This document shows positions 9,111 to 22,476 of a stretch of 36,917 nt of DNA, piece by piece. The stretch spans positions 1-36,917 of the forward strand of contig CAJVPI010000281.1 of assembly GCA_910592345.1 (NCBI GenBank). Direction: 5' to 3'. A program made the translations under genes and the position numbers. This DNA comes from Paraglomus brasilianum (Eukaryota). Under the pieces are notes generated by a model. It had not been told where the DNA came from and made no database searches. It worked only from the letters and a program-made list of their open reading frames with translations. The stretch's first letter is position 1. Every line of letters starts with the position of its first letter.

Positions 9111-9620
9111 CTATTTCGTCCGACGCCTTTTTGGACTATCATTGGTATTCGAAATTTTATCATTATTATCATTATTATTATTATATCATCGTTATTATTA
9201 TTCACTTTGTCTGTCGATATTTTTGTCGTTGACGCTTTATCATCGTCTTTTTTTCGTTGTTGTAAACGGAAATGACGTTTTCGATTCTATGTGAGCCGCC
9301 AAGGTCCTTCGGCTGGCCGGTGATTTCATGTCTTTGGTTTTTGGCGAAAGTCGACCAAGGATTGTGAATGCTGCTATTATCCCCAACTTTCGTTCCTACA
9401 AAGGAAAAGTCTAAAAATCGCAGTAAATAATTTTTTCGTAGATTGTTAGAATCCCAGTAAATTGAACGGTTGAATTTTTTTGGGGCGGCTGTTATCGATT
9501 TAGCTAGCCGCCTACTCGACGGATACGTTATTGTAATTTCATTTACTATTACTGGCCTTTCCCCTTTTCTAAAGTATTCCGTCACACAAACGCTTAGACA
9601 AACACCCATTGCGGTAGCCT
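9111..9620 (-). pseudogene. Frameshifted relic of an unidentified beta-rich protein with a low-complexity Asn/Asp/Lys tail
   Basis: Stitching frames gives VCLSVCVTEYFRKGERPVIVNEITITYPSSRRLAKSITAAPK/NSTVQFTGILTIYEKIIYCDF/LDFSFVGTKVGDNSSIHNPWS…/…NNNDNNDKISNTNDSPKRRRTK*. It reads as protein only after several frameshifts are assumed. Confidence 0.35.
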
Positions 9621-12600
9621 GAGGAAGAATTAATGGTCTTGCCTATGAATTTTGCAATAAGGGGAGAGGTGTGAAGTCAATCAACAATAAAATTGAAAAA
9701 TTTCTCTAGCGTGGTTTACTTCTTTTCAATACTTTGTATGTAAATCCTTCATTAAGGCTAATTTCGAGATTGTTTTGTTGTGTATATTACTATATTATCG
9801 AGTCCTACAAATTGGGTTTCTCCATTTCTCAACAATCGTGTGATCACAAATTTATTAAATCAGTACAATTCGATTGGATACTCCGTTATAATATGATATC
9901 TGCTATATCAAGTATATTTTGATAGAACTGGCATATACTGTACAAGTGAATCTGGTCATAACGACACTCTCGGCAATGAAACAAGTGTCGTTGGAGCCAG
10001 ATGTCGGTTTATCTAGCAACTAGGGTTGAACATCGACATTACGTTGCAATATGTATACGAGCAATTCATCAGTTAATCACATATAAATATTTACGAGCAA
10101 TTTAAGCCAGCAACAACTTTATTCACAAACAAAAAACGAATTCAGTATAAGTATGGTATCTAAACTTCGAAGAATATAACCAAATTAAGTAGATCTTATA
10201 ACGACAGTTGTTTTAAACGGCTCGTACAAACACCATGAAGAAGGGAATACTGTGAGGTGATCAAACCTAGAAAGGAAAATATTAGGGCTGTATGACCTGT
10301 CAAACTGTCGGTTAAATCCCTGATTATATGTCGTTAGTCGGTAACCCAGATTTTCCTATAATTGTCGGTATAATGCAGCCAACTTTTGAATGAAATAGTC
10401 TTCAGTTTTCAAAAAAAAGTCATTATTTGAGAGAATTGTCGTTTTATTCAGCTGTAGTACATCCGTTATTATTATAGACTTTATTGAAAGATTACTAACA
10501 AAATCCGGTATATCAAAGACAATTTTATTAGTGTTGGATTTGTTCCGTGAAAAATCTACGTACTAAGCTTTCACTGTATACTTAATTTGCTGATATTTCC
10601 GCTTGATATTTAATTTCTTTGAAATGAGATCATGTAATCAAATAATATATATAAGTCGTCGTGAACAAATTGTTTGCTTGAACATTGATTAAATGTTAAA
10701 TTTTATGAATCCCACACCTCCGTACGATAACAGAATTGCAATGTAATTACAAACAATTAGTTAAGTTAGTGTATCAGGTATCTGAAAAGGCAATAATTGT
10801 TCAGTTACTGGCAAGGATTAATTACGTGGGGGGTTCAAAAAGTTTTGACACAGTGCAATTATCTCAGCAACCTCTGATTACATTTGCTTGGTAAATAATC
10901 ACATTAAAGCTTAAATCACGCTCAATTAATGATAGAAGATTTGACCCGTTTTAGTTTGATGGTTGTCGAGAAAAAAAATTTTGAAACTTGTCTATTAACA
11001 ACGATGAAAAATTTTACTCGCAAAACCAAAGATGATATATCTTGGGTGAGCCGACGACAGCTAATCACTACAGTCACAGTTGAGGTCTTTCACTGAGTAA
11101 TTCAGAAAAAAAAATTGTGTACTGTATGTTAATTCGTTGGTTTGACCTGTTCCTACCTAAAGTCAGAAAACACTGTTTTGTTTCATAGCATGCCGACAAG
11201 ATTGGATAAATAACAAAAATGGCAATATGTTAAGCTATAGTAGGCGACAAGTAACCGTTTGTAAAGCATACTGTATCTGCAAAGTTTCATGTTTTCTTGA
11301 CCACCTTTTGTTCCACAATAAATGAATTCCGTTTTCACGTGCTGTATGTTAATATAATTAATAGTCTAAGCAACCGAAGCAATACAACGCTGTACTTTAA
11401 TAGTAATACGAGTGCATTCAAGTTTCAAGACATTTATATTTTACAAGACATTTATATTTTAGTATTGTATGGATTCCTTCCTCGGAAGTCACTGACATTG
11501 GGACCGCTGTACACATACTGATTCTTGGAGACAGTTGCCGGCATTTTATTTTGTACTAACGAAATGAGAGGATATTTACCTAATTACTTCAGAAGATACC
11601 CGATATAACCTGAGAGTCGAATCAAACACTCATATAGAATGTAATCTGGTTACGATATCAATTTTAACAATTTAATTAAATTGCCACAGGCAACCTATCA
11701 ATTAGTGTGACAACTCAAAACATTAACAGACCGACAATTCGACAAACGCAAATTTTGTCAGATTTCTACGCGTGTTATATCTACAGTATCAGCATCTTTA
11801 CTTACCTTTCACTCTAATCAGTTCGCGCGTCTATATTCCAACGATATTGCATTTGGTGGATAAAATGTCATTCTAATGACGACCTTGCTGGCGCTATCAG
11901 TATACGCAGCATCTGTTTCCTATCTATCCGTTGGCATATCATTTTATAAGACATTCTATATAGCCGCAAAGAAAAATTTAGGCTTGGACACGTTTCTCAC
12001 ATTTGTGGTATAAAGGTTAGCAAAGTACGCAAAGTTAAATATTACAATCATGTTGACATTAATCCATATAATTACGTGAAATTACGGTAAAAGTAATGGA
12101 ATGTTATGCGATGGATGCACACAGGTTTCTAACTCAACATTTCTATAAATGGACGAGTTTTTACACAAACGCAATTCCATCACACACGTCCATAAAAACA
12201 AACATCCCCTCTGAAAGTTTAGATAATCAACTCTTTTCCGGACAGGCCTTAAGAAACTCGTCAAACCTTAAACGGTTGGATACTCAATGTTTCCTGTATA
12301 ATAATGATATACTATTCCTTTCTTGCATGCCAATACTCTTCACTGGTAAACTTATAGTTACCGTATATCATGAACCTCATATTATAACCGTCATCATACC
12401 GTTAAGCATCAGTTTAATGTAGAGCTTATTGTCTAGCTACAGATAATTGCTAAAGCTAGTTATAACAATAAAGCTCTATGTAGTTAAACTCCAATTTTCT
12501 TCGCCATTAATGCCTCTTACACAACTGCATCGACAAACGTAATTTTCGAAAAAAAGATCACTCATGTACAGATCGCTCTTCGACAATCAGAAAACCACTT

Positions 12601-13130
12601 CTCTCCTCCATAAAAAAAAACTGGTGAAACCGATAATCCAACCACCTCATTCAACAGACCACCAAGATACCGAACAGAACCGTGTTTGTGGCATAAAAAA
12701 TTTCCCTCTCGTACATGTTAAACGCTTATTGCCAGCTTAGTCAAAAGCCGAGTTTGATTTTAAAACAGGTTTGTTTAATCTGTCACATTATTAATATTGT
12801 CAGTAAAAGTGCTTAAGGAAACGAAACGAGTTTTATGTTATATACTGTAAGTGTATTTGTCTTTAATATTCAGTGAGATGACTAAGAATAAACTTGTTAA
12901 CTAAGTCGCGGATAAAACATGTCCGTTATCGAGTTTATAGAGATTGATCCAGATTTGCTACCGGCTCTTACACAGACGCTACAGTTGCTAACATAAGGAT
13001 TTCGTGCACGATCTTATTTCGGCATTTTGTTAACTCAACCATATTGACATACGTGGAAGCACATCGTATAAATTCAAACCTTTGAATAAAACTCGTATAA
13101 CTGTAAATAAACCGCGAATTACAAGTTTAT

Positions 13131-15764
13131 TCAAAAAAGAGTTTGAGTATCTAAATTATAAGAATGCACGGTGTTAATATTGTAAATTGACTTCATTATA
13201 ACCAATTGTTGTCTTCATACCTGCAGCTGAATCCATATCATAGCTATTTCTTGGTTTAGGCAGATCTCTGGTAGGTAAGAGTGTGCTAGAATATTTACTC
13301 TCCTTTTCAAGACGTGATAAGGGTTTTACATAATTATGATAAATGGCATTCCATGTGTTGTCAGAATTGTTGTTTATCGCCTCTTTAAAAAGATTGATGA
13401 TAACAGAATAAAGTCTCCCTGCATCTGGACGCTTATCAGGATCAGCATCACAACACCGCTCAGCAAGTTTCTTGTATCCCTCTGGTGCGGAATCAGGCAT
13501 CAATGGTCGTAGTCCACCCATAATGTCACATACTAAAGCTCTATCGAACTGCCTATCTCTAAAAGGTGGTTCACCAGTAGCAATCAAATACATAATGATA
13601 CCAAAAGAATACACATCTGATTTCTGAGTAAATTTGCAGGTATGGAAGACTTCCGGTGCAATAAAGGGTAAAACGCCTCGAATGGTTGAATTTGACTCGC
13701 GTGAATTCACTGATCGTGAGAGGCCAAGATCGCATATATATGGTTGTATATTGTTAAATAAACTATCACTATCCAAAACTATGTTTCCGCCATGGAGATC
13801 ACAATGCACTAAACCCGCATCATGAATAGTATGCAGATACAGTGCAATATCCCTCAAGTATTGTAATTTTATCTTCCACGTCAACTTGTTTATGTTTTGA
13901 TCCAAATAAGACAAAAGACTACCATTGTTAGCATATTGCATAACAATCATGTACTCTTCTGTTTCTGGGTCTTGTGTGACTCCATAAATTTCAAGGAATG
14001 GATAAATATTGCACTTGGCATGATTTCTAAACTATAAATAAAATAAATACAGAGTCAGATTAAATATCATTTTAATTAATAATACCAATTATTGCTTACC
14101 TCGGAAATAAATAATTCCGGCGTTCCATCAAAACTCTTAATCCATTTGAGTACAACAGTTTGTGGCATATCAAATACTCCTTTGTATTTGGCAGCATAAA
14201 CCGTTCCATAACCACCAGATCCAATCTTTTTGAGTTCGTAAAAGTCGTTATACTGCATGTACTTAATATCTTCTCTAATTTGTATAAACCTGTCCAATAT
14301 TGCATGTACGTCGTGGTAGAAAACTAAATAATATTCCCGAGTAGACGGCTCCTGAGTGATCCCAATTATCCAAATATTATCTGGTGCTAATATCTCTGGG
14401 TATTCCTTAGTTAGCTATTTGAATAAACAAATACAATCGTTACAACACTGGTCAATTTAAACGCGCGATAACACATTAATAATACTATTTGCATTTTACA
14501 CGTGAAATAATTTACCTGATGAAAATCAAATGACTGACCGTCCCCTTCGTCAACTATCTTTTTGAGTGTCACACGTGTCAATTCATTTGTTGTCCATTCT
14601 GCTATATGTGTGCATCCATGGCGTAATGATCTCATCTCCCGTACGTTTGTCAATAGTGAGTATTCAATCCATTGTATATAGGCATCATATTCACCGATTA
14701 CGTTACTCCACGACTCCATAATAAATGAATCCAAAAATTTGTTGCCCGTAGTCCAATCAAGAGGTCGTGGTGCTTTACAACAAAGACAGAATGCATTTAT
14801 ACTAGTACTAGGTCGAATCCATGCTGTACACGCCAGACATAATTCATTCTCCTCCTTTTCTTTTATGAGAAAATACTTTTGTTTACTTGCATCATATGTA
14901 AATCCGATGGTAATCCAAACATCCGTGTTAAGAATATCTGGATGCTTGTCATATAACTAGTGGAATAATACATAATAATTAATAATATGTCAATATTTAT
15001 TAAGCTATTCAATAAACATGATGCATAAATAAATAGTTTACCTCGGCATAATATAAATCACGTGTCTCGTCTGTTATCTCAAGTGGAATCAATTTAACAT
15101 ATCGACAAATAGGTAGACCATTCAAGAATAGACCACTCAAGAATAGACCATATTCCCTATCATTAATATAATCAAATGGAATCCATTCCAAATAGGCATC
15201 ATTTGGCGAGTTTGTTTGTAATTGAGATTTTTTAATAAACTCATCGAGTTGCTTATCGTTGCTAGTCCATCCATCGGATAATTCTTTATGACCGCAAATG
15301 CACCACACAGGACTACATCGGAGTATTACACATGCAGTGCAGAATCCATATCGAGTATAGCAATAGTAAAACTCTCTATCAGCAACCATGTAATACTTGT
15401 CATTAGACTTGGTAAATCCTTTTATCATGCTGTTGCGACTGTCAAGCCATCCCTTATACCGTCTAAAATGACTGTCTCCATTATTGTACGTGTGTGTTGG
15501 AAGTGAGTATATTCTAGCAAACTCACTAACAAGTATTTGTGTACATTCTCCGCTGTTTCCAAGGCATAACAGCATTATCATTTCTTTAACTTCACCATCG
15601 TCTAGTGTGTATTTGCGAGTAGCGTTGTAGACGTAGTCAACTTGAGTTGGTTTTATGTCGGTGATTTCTTCGTGAGAAATCCATTCAAGTCTTAAGCGTT
15701 CATATTCGCTTTCCAAGGAGGATTGAATCAAATTATCAATTGCTGGATTATTAACCCTTTGCAT
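13131..15764 (-). CDS. Tyrosine-kinase-like (TKL) protein kinase with three N-terminal Cys-flanked degenerate modules, ~769 aa
   Basis: complement(join(13131..13150,13221..14031,14100..14414,14516..14956,15042..15764)); all introns are GT-AG and the frame is open. Kinase motifs: GSGGYG, VVLK, HCDLHGGN, ICDLG, GVLPFIAPE, SDVYSFG. If the last intron is not used, the stop is at 13174 (778 aa). Confidence 0.9.
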
Positions 15765-16309
15765 CGTTTGAATAAGAAGTTTTCACAAAACCGATGATCC
15801 GTCATTTCCGATTTTTCTCCCTTTTCCAAATTTGGGTTGGATATCTATTTTAGGTAATCATTTTGTTCCTCATCAAAAAAGTGACGATAAAAAAAAGAGA
15901 TGTCAATTAACACCAGCTCAGTTCACTATCACTTGATTCGGAACTTGTCGCATCAGGAGACTCTTCACTATCATTAGAAGAATTTGCAAGTAATAGTGCA
16001 TGTTGAGAAACTTATTATTCATGGACATAAAAGATATTAATTAATTTTTTTCGCTCTCGGAATTTAGGCTAAAATGTGGTTGGTAATCAGTTGCATGCAT
16101 TTAGTCACAGGAACAAAATAAGGGAAAATTGACGTATCGGTATTCATTTCATCCTGTTCCTGTCTAAAATGGAAGTGGGAACGAAAAATGAAAAGGACCT
16201 TCTACTTGACCCTTTATGGTCGATTTTGATTTCTACGCACGTATTTGGATGTTTATCTAGCTATTCATGGTTATATATCGACCAGGTGTGGGGAGGTCAT
16301 TCTTTATAA

Positions 16310-16530
16310 TATTAATAAATTAATTAGAAGACTATTTAGAATCGTATTCCACTCTTCCATTATAAATTGTTGCAACTCGGCCAAATTACTTGATACTCAT
16401 AATTCTATATTCCTTTTGACGATGCCCATAAATTTTTTCTGGGATACAATTGGAGAGCCAATTGATTATTTTGTTTTAAAATTTCTTTGCCAAGACGGCT
16501 TGTATGCTTGGTTTTATTACCTTGCTGGAG
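16310..16530 (-). mobile_element. Tc1/mariner transposase relic (C-terminal DDE region)
   Basis: Frameshifted translation LQQGNKTKHTSRLGKEILKQNN…W…NLW/GIVKRNIEL*VSSNLAELQQFIMEEWNTILNSLLINL follows the Tc1 consensus FQQDNDPKHTS…WP…NPIENLW…L…I.EEW..IP…L. The 173-aa + strand ORF here is its antisense shadow. Confidence 0.75.
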
Positions 16531-18900
16531 CGCTTTCAGTTATTCTCAGGCATCAATTATTTACGCGCATAAAAATTGAACGCGTTCGAATCCAAATAAG
16601 GGTACCAACGATTGTCAAACAACAACAATTTAAATTTAATTCAGGGCAATCTTCGATTTGGTATACGTTTATCAATAAGATGGGTCTGAGCCTAGGTTTT
16701 GTCGATAAATTGACGCTTTCCGCTATTCGCGTAATTCTTTTCGAACGTTTCCGTTCTAATCAATAGTCGTATCGTATCAACTCTAGACACTTGTAGAAAA
16801 TAAAAGTATTTCGATTTCAAAGAGCCTTTTATTTCAAAAGGACTTGCAATTATTTAATAAATATCAATTAGAATTAACTCGATGATTTTTGACAATGGAA
16901 TTTGACCCATATCTATATATTTTTGCGGTCGATAATTTCTGCCTAAAACTTGAAGTTTTAAAAGTGGCCTGTCTTACTGTCTACTGTAATAGTTGGCAAT
17001 GATTTGATATCAGAATGAATTTTTATCTTAATTTACGTGCCTAATGTGAGTGTTAAAATGGTAACTGAGAGTTAGAAGTGAATTTGACAGATGTCCTATT
17101 CATTAAGAGCCATATTGTCAGCAGAATTATAGAAGTTAGTTCAGCATTCTGCTTCAATCTTGACTTATTACTATTCAAGTTTGTTATATGCATACTAATA
17201 TTACAGCATTACCTAACCATACAAGAGACACGGGGTACTATAATATGTTATAAGCCATATCCCACAATCAGGACTGAAATTTGTGGGACTGTATAGGAAA
17301 GGCTTTTCTATACTACTCAATGTTCATCTGACCCTAATCGGTCTCATCTGACCAAATAATACGTTTTCAGTCTTCAATTGGTACCTTGTTGCAAAAGCCA
17401 AATGGTGGTGGATATATTTTGGTAAAAGTACCAATGACTTTCGACTTTTATTTCCATCTTCAGCTCAAGGTTGCAACAAACGTGTCTATTAGATTACGTA
17501 ACGCGAAAAAAAAACTAACAAAGCGGATATGATCCACGAATAATAAGCTATTATCTTCTTTCAGAGCAAAAGGAAAGTCGTTTCCATAGTTCAATATGTT
17601 ACTTTGTTCCAGTGCTGGTATGCGCCACTTTTTCTCTATGATAATCCTTGGATTAGTTTTTAATTTCTTACGCCAACTAGGAAGGAAATAAACCAGTTAC
17701 TGTAGATGTTGAATTATTACCTTGTGCTCTGCATTGCTGTTTCCTTCTTTAATTCGTCCAGCTTTGTACTGAGTCTTATGTTGATACTAATGATCCTCCT
17801 CTCGATCCCATCGATCCTATCAAGTCTTCTCGATTCTCGCTTCAACACGTTTCGACTTATGCATTAGTTGTTAATGGTCGCGAATTTGTGGGCGAAGAAT
17901 TACAAGCGAATGACGAAGCGAAGGAAATGAATTTTCTATTAACGATTAGACGGGACTCGACCGTCACAATATGCGTCTAGCTCAAAATAACAGCGTATCT
18001 TTTGCATGTTTACGATATACTCGATGACCGCACTGAAGATATGCCAGATTTGAATTATGTATTAATTTTTCATGGTTGACACCTGAACTAATGGCAGCGC
18101 TATAAGTTTGGCTTTCTTGTTTGGATCAGCGAAGATTGCGATCAGGAATATTATTGGTAATAATGCCAACAAGACTGAATAAGAGACCCCGAATCCTCCG
18201 TATCCAGAATTAAGAATTAGTTTCGTCAAGTCCCGAAGAGCTGGCGAATCTTTTTTTGCTTTAAATTCATCCCCGGCCTAGTTTTAAAAACCAACGACTC
18301 AAAGAAAGCAAAACACAAAGCCGAAAAAAAAAATTCGTAATGGCAAGTCTTGACCAAAACTGGTGTTTCGAAAAAGTGCCGTATGTTCCAATACGCAGTG
18401 CCACATTGTACTGAATAATATAAAAGTCGATATGACGGATTCCCCGGTACAGGCATAAAATCCGTTATACCATAACAATCTGTTTAATTGAGGAACCGAT
18501 ATAGCAAACTCAGAAAGTGTTCGATAAACCGTTGTTATTTATTATTTGATATTTATTAAGTCTATCAATGTAAAAGTATATTTGTCAATAATCAAATTGA
18601 TCAAGATTCGGTTGCTTTTTTTTTCATTTTACTATTTCAAACTATATACACAATTAGCGTCTATCTATCAATAAAATCGACAAGTGTTGTGATACATTTT
18701 ATTGCATTAGAGCGCGTTTGCAAACTCGAAACCGTTGGCCTTTCCACCCGTTTTTATCGGCATTGATTTCCCGTGTTGATGGGATAATAATAAAGAGTTC
18801 GTTCAGTCTAAAATTATTAAATGTTATTAATATTTAAAAAATTTGAAAACTTGATCTTTGTTACTCTAACGGATAAATTGTGTCATTAATATTACTATGG

Positions 18901-18964
18901 ATTATAACGGAGTCGGTCACTTTAGTACGGATCTACTATAAACTATAGCCGACTCCGTTATAAT
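18901..18964. repeat. Perfect 16-bp inverted repeat with a 32-nt spacer
   Basis: ATTATAACGGAGTCGG (18901-18916) and CCGACTCCGTTATAAT (18949-18964). Confidence 0.85.
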
Positions 18965-21615
18965 TTCGTGATATTGAACAATACCTCGTTAAGCTTCGTT
19001 CACCGAAACCGCATTACTACGATTAATAGTAAACTCCGCTGTATTTAATGTTCTCTTCTTGGTAACTTTGTTACATTACCCAGATTTTTGTCTGAACTCG
19101 TCATTGGATCATAATACACCTTGGTTTATAAGTAATTATTTGAACAAAGTAGACTTGTATATTACAAAGAAAATAAAAGGCAAAAGTGCACTGTCATACT
19201 AATAAGTGTTAAATATACTTGTTGCATTTATTAACAAGCCATATTTATCTTATAATTTTGAAATTACATTTTTATTATCCATCCATCTATTACAAACTAA
19301 AAATTAAAACAAAATTTTTGTACATAAACCGAGAGCTATCTGTACTGTAACTTGAGACATTGCATCAATTTGCCAAGAAATATTCTGGTCCATGCAAATT
19401 TTTACGTGACAAGTTTGGGGTACAAAAGAAAACTGAATTATTTTCTAATAAAACTGCACTGCAGTTATTTGATACTATCTTTTGTATTTGGGTAATGGAT
19501 GCAGATTTATCTCATACAGAACTTGCAAGGTATTGATGTAAGCAAACTGTTAGAACTGGACCTGTCTAACAGGAAAACATGCAAGTTGTGTTGCTTGGTG
19601 TCATTTCCTGAATAAATATTTTCCGAGTTTATGGACTGTTCTTAAAAACTTCAGGCTGTATCTAATTAGCTATATTAATATCAGATAAAGATAGTAATAA
19701 CTGACAAATAAAGACACTGGTTTATTATTATGGGTGAATCGTGAACATCTTTAACGCAAAGACCAGATAGACAATAATAACACAGCTAATACCCAATTCG
19801 TCAACATTGGTTACAGACGGATTTCCTTATATAAATTCCGTACGTTTATTTTTTGGCTATTAAGTATGGAATATGTTTCTAGACACAACTTTAATAACAA
19901 ATAATATATTGGTTTTACTTTCGTATGCAATTATGTAGATTGAATCATCGATGATGCCTTGTTGTTTAAACAATCCCATTGCTGTTTGTCAGAGCCGCAT
20001 TTAAAAGTTTGGCAAGATGGAAAATGATGGTAAGAGTATTGAAAGCGTTGAGCGTCAAAATGGATATGTTGATAAAGCTTGAGTGTTGCTCATAGCAGCA
20101 AACCTGATCCATCCAAGTTCATCCTCTCTTTCTAAAGAACGATTGCGAACACAGTGAAGTGTCTCCCGCTTGGATTTCTCTTATCCGACTGCGTTACTGA
20201 CTATTAGTTCACGTGATGCGCTCGCTGATAAGTTTATATACCATTTTCATTTCTTGTCTAACATTTGCGTATCCATTATGTCTAAAATTTCTACTAAAAC
20301 ATCCCACAAAGACTACATCGTATCTGAAATGTCATCGGAATAATAAACTACTTCTATAGATGTGTGCGAGATGCGTTGATGTACGAAAGTGTGCTGTCAT
20401 TGCCTGACGTGCAGGTTTCCAGTTCCAGAACACAAAATCAAAACGAAAAGAAATTAGTTGTTATAATGATCTCATAGTCATATTATACCGCAAGGGTAGT
20501 TTACCATGTTTATGACGCATGTTCAAAGTCTTTTGTAAAAAGTCCAGCAGTCGAACGTTCTTACATTTACATCTGAAAATATGTTTCATTTTGGCAACAG
20601 ACGAACGCCTAGACAAAAAAAGCGTGAACGTGGACGCCGTTGCAAACGAAAGAAAATGATAGCTTTTATGCGGTCCATATGCTTATGGTGCATGTAAAAT
20701 CTCCCAGGTATGGCATTTCTTACATTAACGTATCAACAAAGTATATACAAAATTTGCTTTGCTCTCCAAATTGGCGTTGCAAGAAATTCGTCTACGATGG
20801 ATAATATATTATATACTCTACTCTGTACTCACATTTCAATTATTCGGCCGATAAGCGTGGCTTGCTTGTTTGTGATCTTGTTATGGCTGATGTTATTCTT
20901 AGCTAAGGAAAAAAAGCCAACAATTGTCAAAAAAGGTTACATTCTTTTACATTCATGGGAAAACTCACATTCTGAAACCATCGATAAGCACTAATGACGT
21001 ATTTGACACCGTATTTGTAAATGGTAACGCTTTTGTTTTCGTGCGAAATTGGTCACATTTGTATACCATATGAAATTTACGTGTATTGACGGGAGATTAA
21101 CGGATTTCCGCTTACATACCACAATTCTAGGTGGAGAGTGTGTGTTGTGTCCAAACGATTTGATGTATTACTTTTTATCATGAAATCTTCTGTGCCATAA
21201 TTAGAAGAGACTGTCTCTGATAGTCGTGTAAATATAGCGTTTGAGCGTCCGTAGTTAAAATCACGCGAACTTATATTTAATAAAATAAAGCTTTTTTTTT
21301 TATTCCGGTAATATTAATATAATTACAATAGTAGCATTTAATTGTTTCATCATTGAGTTGAAGTATTTATTGTTTGTATTCTATATTACAACTTTAAAAG
21401 AGCTAGTGTCTCAGCAAACGGAACTTCTCCAGATTGGTTTGCCAATAGTAAAATTACGTGGACAAGAACCAAAAATTACATATATAATCACAGACATTTA
21501 TAAATGAGCCATTAATCTATTATTGATAAAATTTTCTCTTTAAAAGAAGGCATAAATGCTTGGTGCTTGCTTAAATAAGTTATATAAAACATTTAAGCCA
21601 ATACATTACGTTGAT

Positions 21616-21688
21616 GGGCTCATGGCCAAATGGATAAGGCGCCTGACTACGAATCAGGAGATTCCAGGTTCGACCCCTGGTGAGCTCG
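21616..21688 (+). tRNA. tRNA-Arg, anticodon ACG, intronless
   Basis: Acceptor stem GGGCTCA/TGAGCTC plus G, A-box TGGCCAAATGG, anticodon arm CCTGA-CT-ACG-AA-TCAGG, T arm CCAGG-TTCGACC-CCTGG. A T-run Pol III terminator follows within a few nt and TATATAAA lies ~30 nt upstream. Confidence 0.97.
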
Positions 21689-22476
21689 CAGCTTTTTGCG
21701 TCGAAGTTCAACCTGTCTGGTTATTCAATGACCAATTGTGTTGCCGAGACATTTATTTAAAAAGTCGCACCATCTTTTTACTCTTGCCTAAGCAACACAT
21801 GACACAAGTACCTCACGTCCATAAATAGCAAACAAAAAATTCCTTATTCCCAAAAACACGAGTACATAATCCATCTTTGTTCTCATATACCCCTAATCAA
21901 GACAGAAAGGGGTTTGTTCAATACAAAGACAAGCTTGCAGCCTGTCGGCTGATGTAATCAAGAAAACAATCATTATCATCTGATGGCTGTAGTCGGCATA
22001 TGCACGAGCTGTCGTTCTGTTTTTGTGCAGAGAATTGTGGCTGAATGATGAGTATCGAAATTAAGACATATCGGGCCATTTGGTGTGTGAGAGAGGAAAA
22101 AAAAAAGTTAGGGTGAGGCTTGATCAGAATGTGCGACTTTTTTTTTTTTTTAATCCTGTGCGATTTGAAAAGAGAGACACATTTATCGAACGCGTTGTTC
22201 TGTTTGATAGAGGATTTTTATTTGTTATTTCAATATTATCGAGCTTTACCCCGAACTTTGTGTGCATGCAACAAAGAACATTCTGCAGTTTCTGTTGCTC
22301 ATTAATTTGTGTGGTTTAATTTTCTTCTTGTATAAGAAAAAAATTAAAAGGTAAAAAAAAAAACGACTTGTCGAAAGTCTTAAACGTAGAAATGAGTTTT
22401 TACATGTGAAGAGGAAGTCATAAAAATTCAACAGAAAACCGCAATATCAATAAAGACAAATATAATCAATCGCTCT

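Noticed and set aside
9940..10385. Degraded MITE-like pieces (aacgacact…agtgtcgtt hairpin; TAGGGCTG start)
   Set aside because: Second termini and TSDs cannot be defined.
11426..11461. 18-bp tandem duplication CAAGACATTTATATTTTA
   Set aside because: Ordinary slippage duplication in non-coding DNA.
12096..12422. 108-aa + strand ORF
   Set aside because: No motifs or splice support; the opposite strand is also full of stops.
12420..12478. Short imperfect hairpin (tagagcttattgt / acaataaagctcta)
   Set aside because: AT-rich and short, with no TSD or second copy seen.
16245..16766. 173-aa + strand ORF
   Set aside because: Antisense shadow of the Tc1 transposase relic, with a non-ATG start.
17370..17870. 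Minus-strand relic with GNDFPFALKEDNSLLFVDH, faintly like AAA-ATPase-like N-termini
   Set aside because: Stops and no Walker A; the similarity is too weak to call.
21556..21828. 90-aa ORF
   Set aside because: It spans the tRNA-Arg gene and is spurious.
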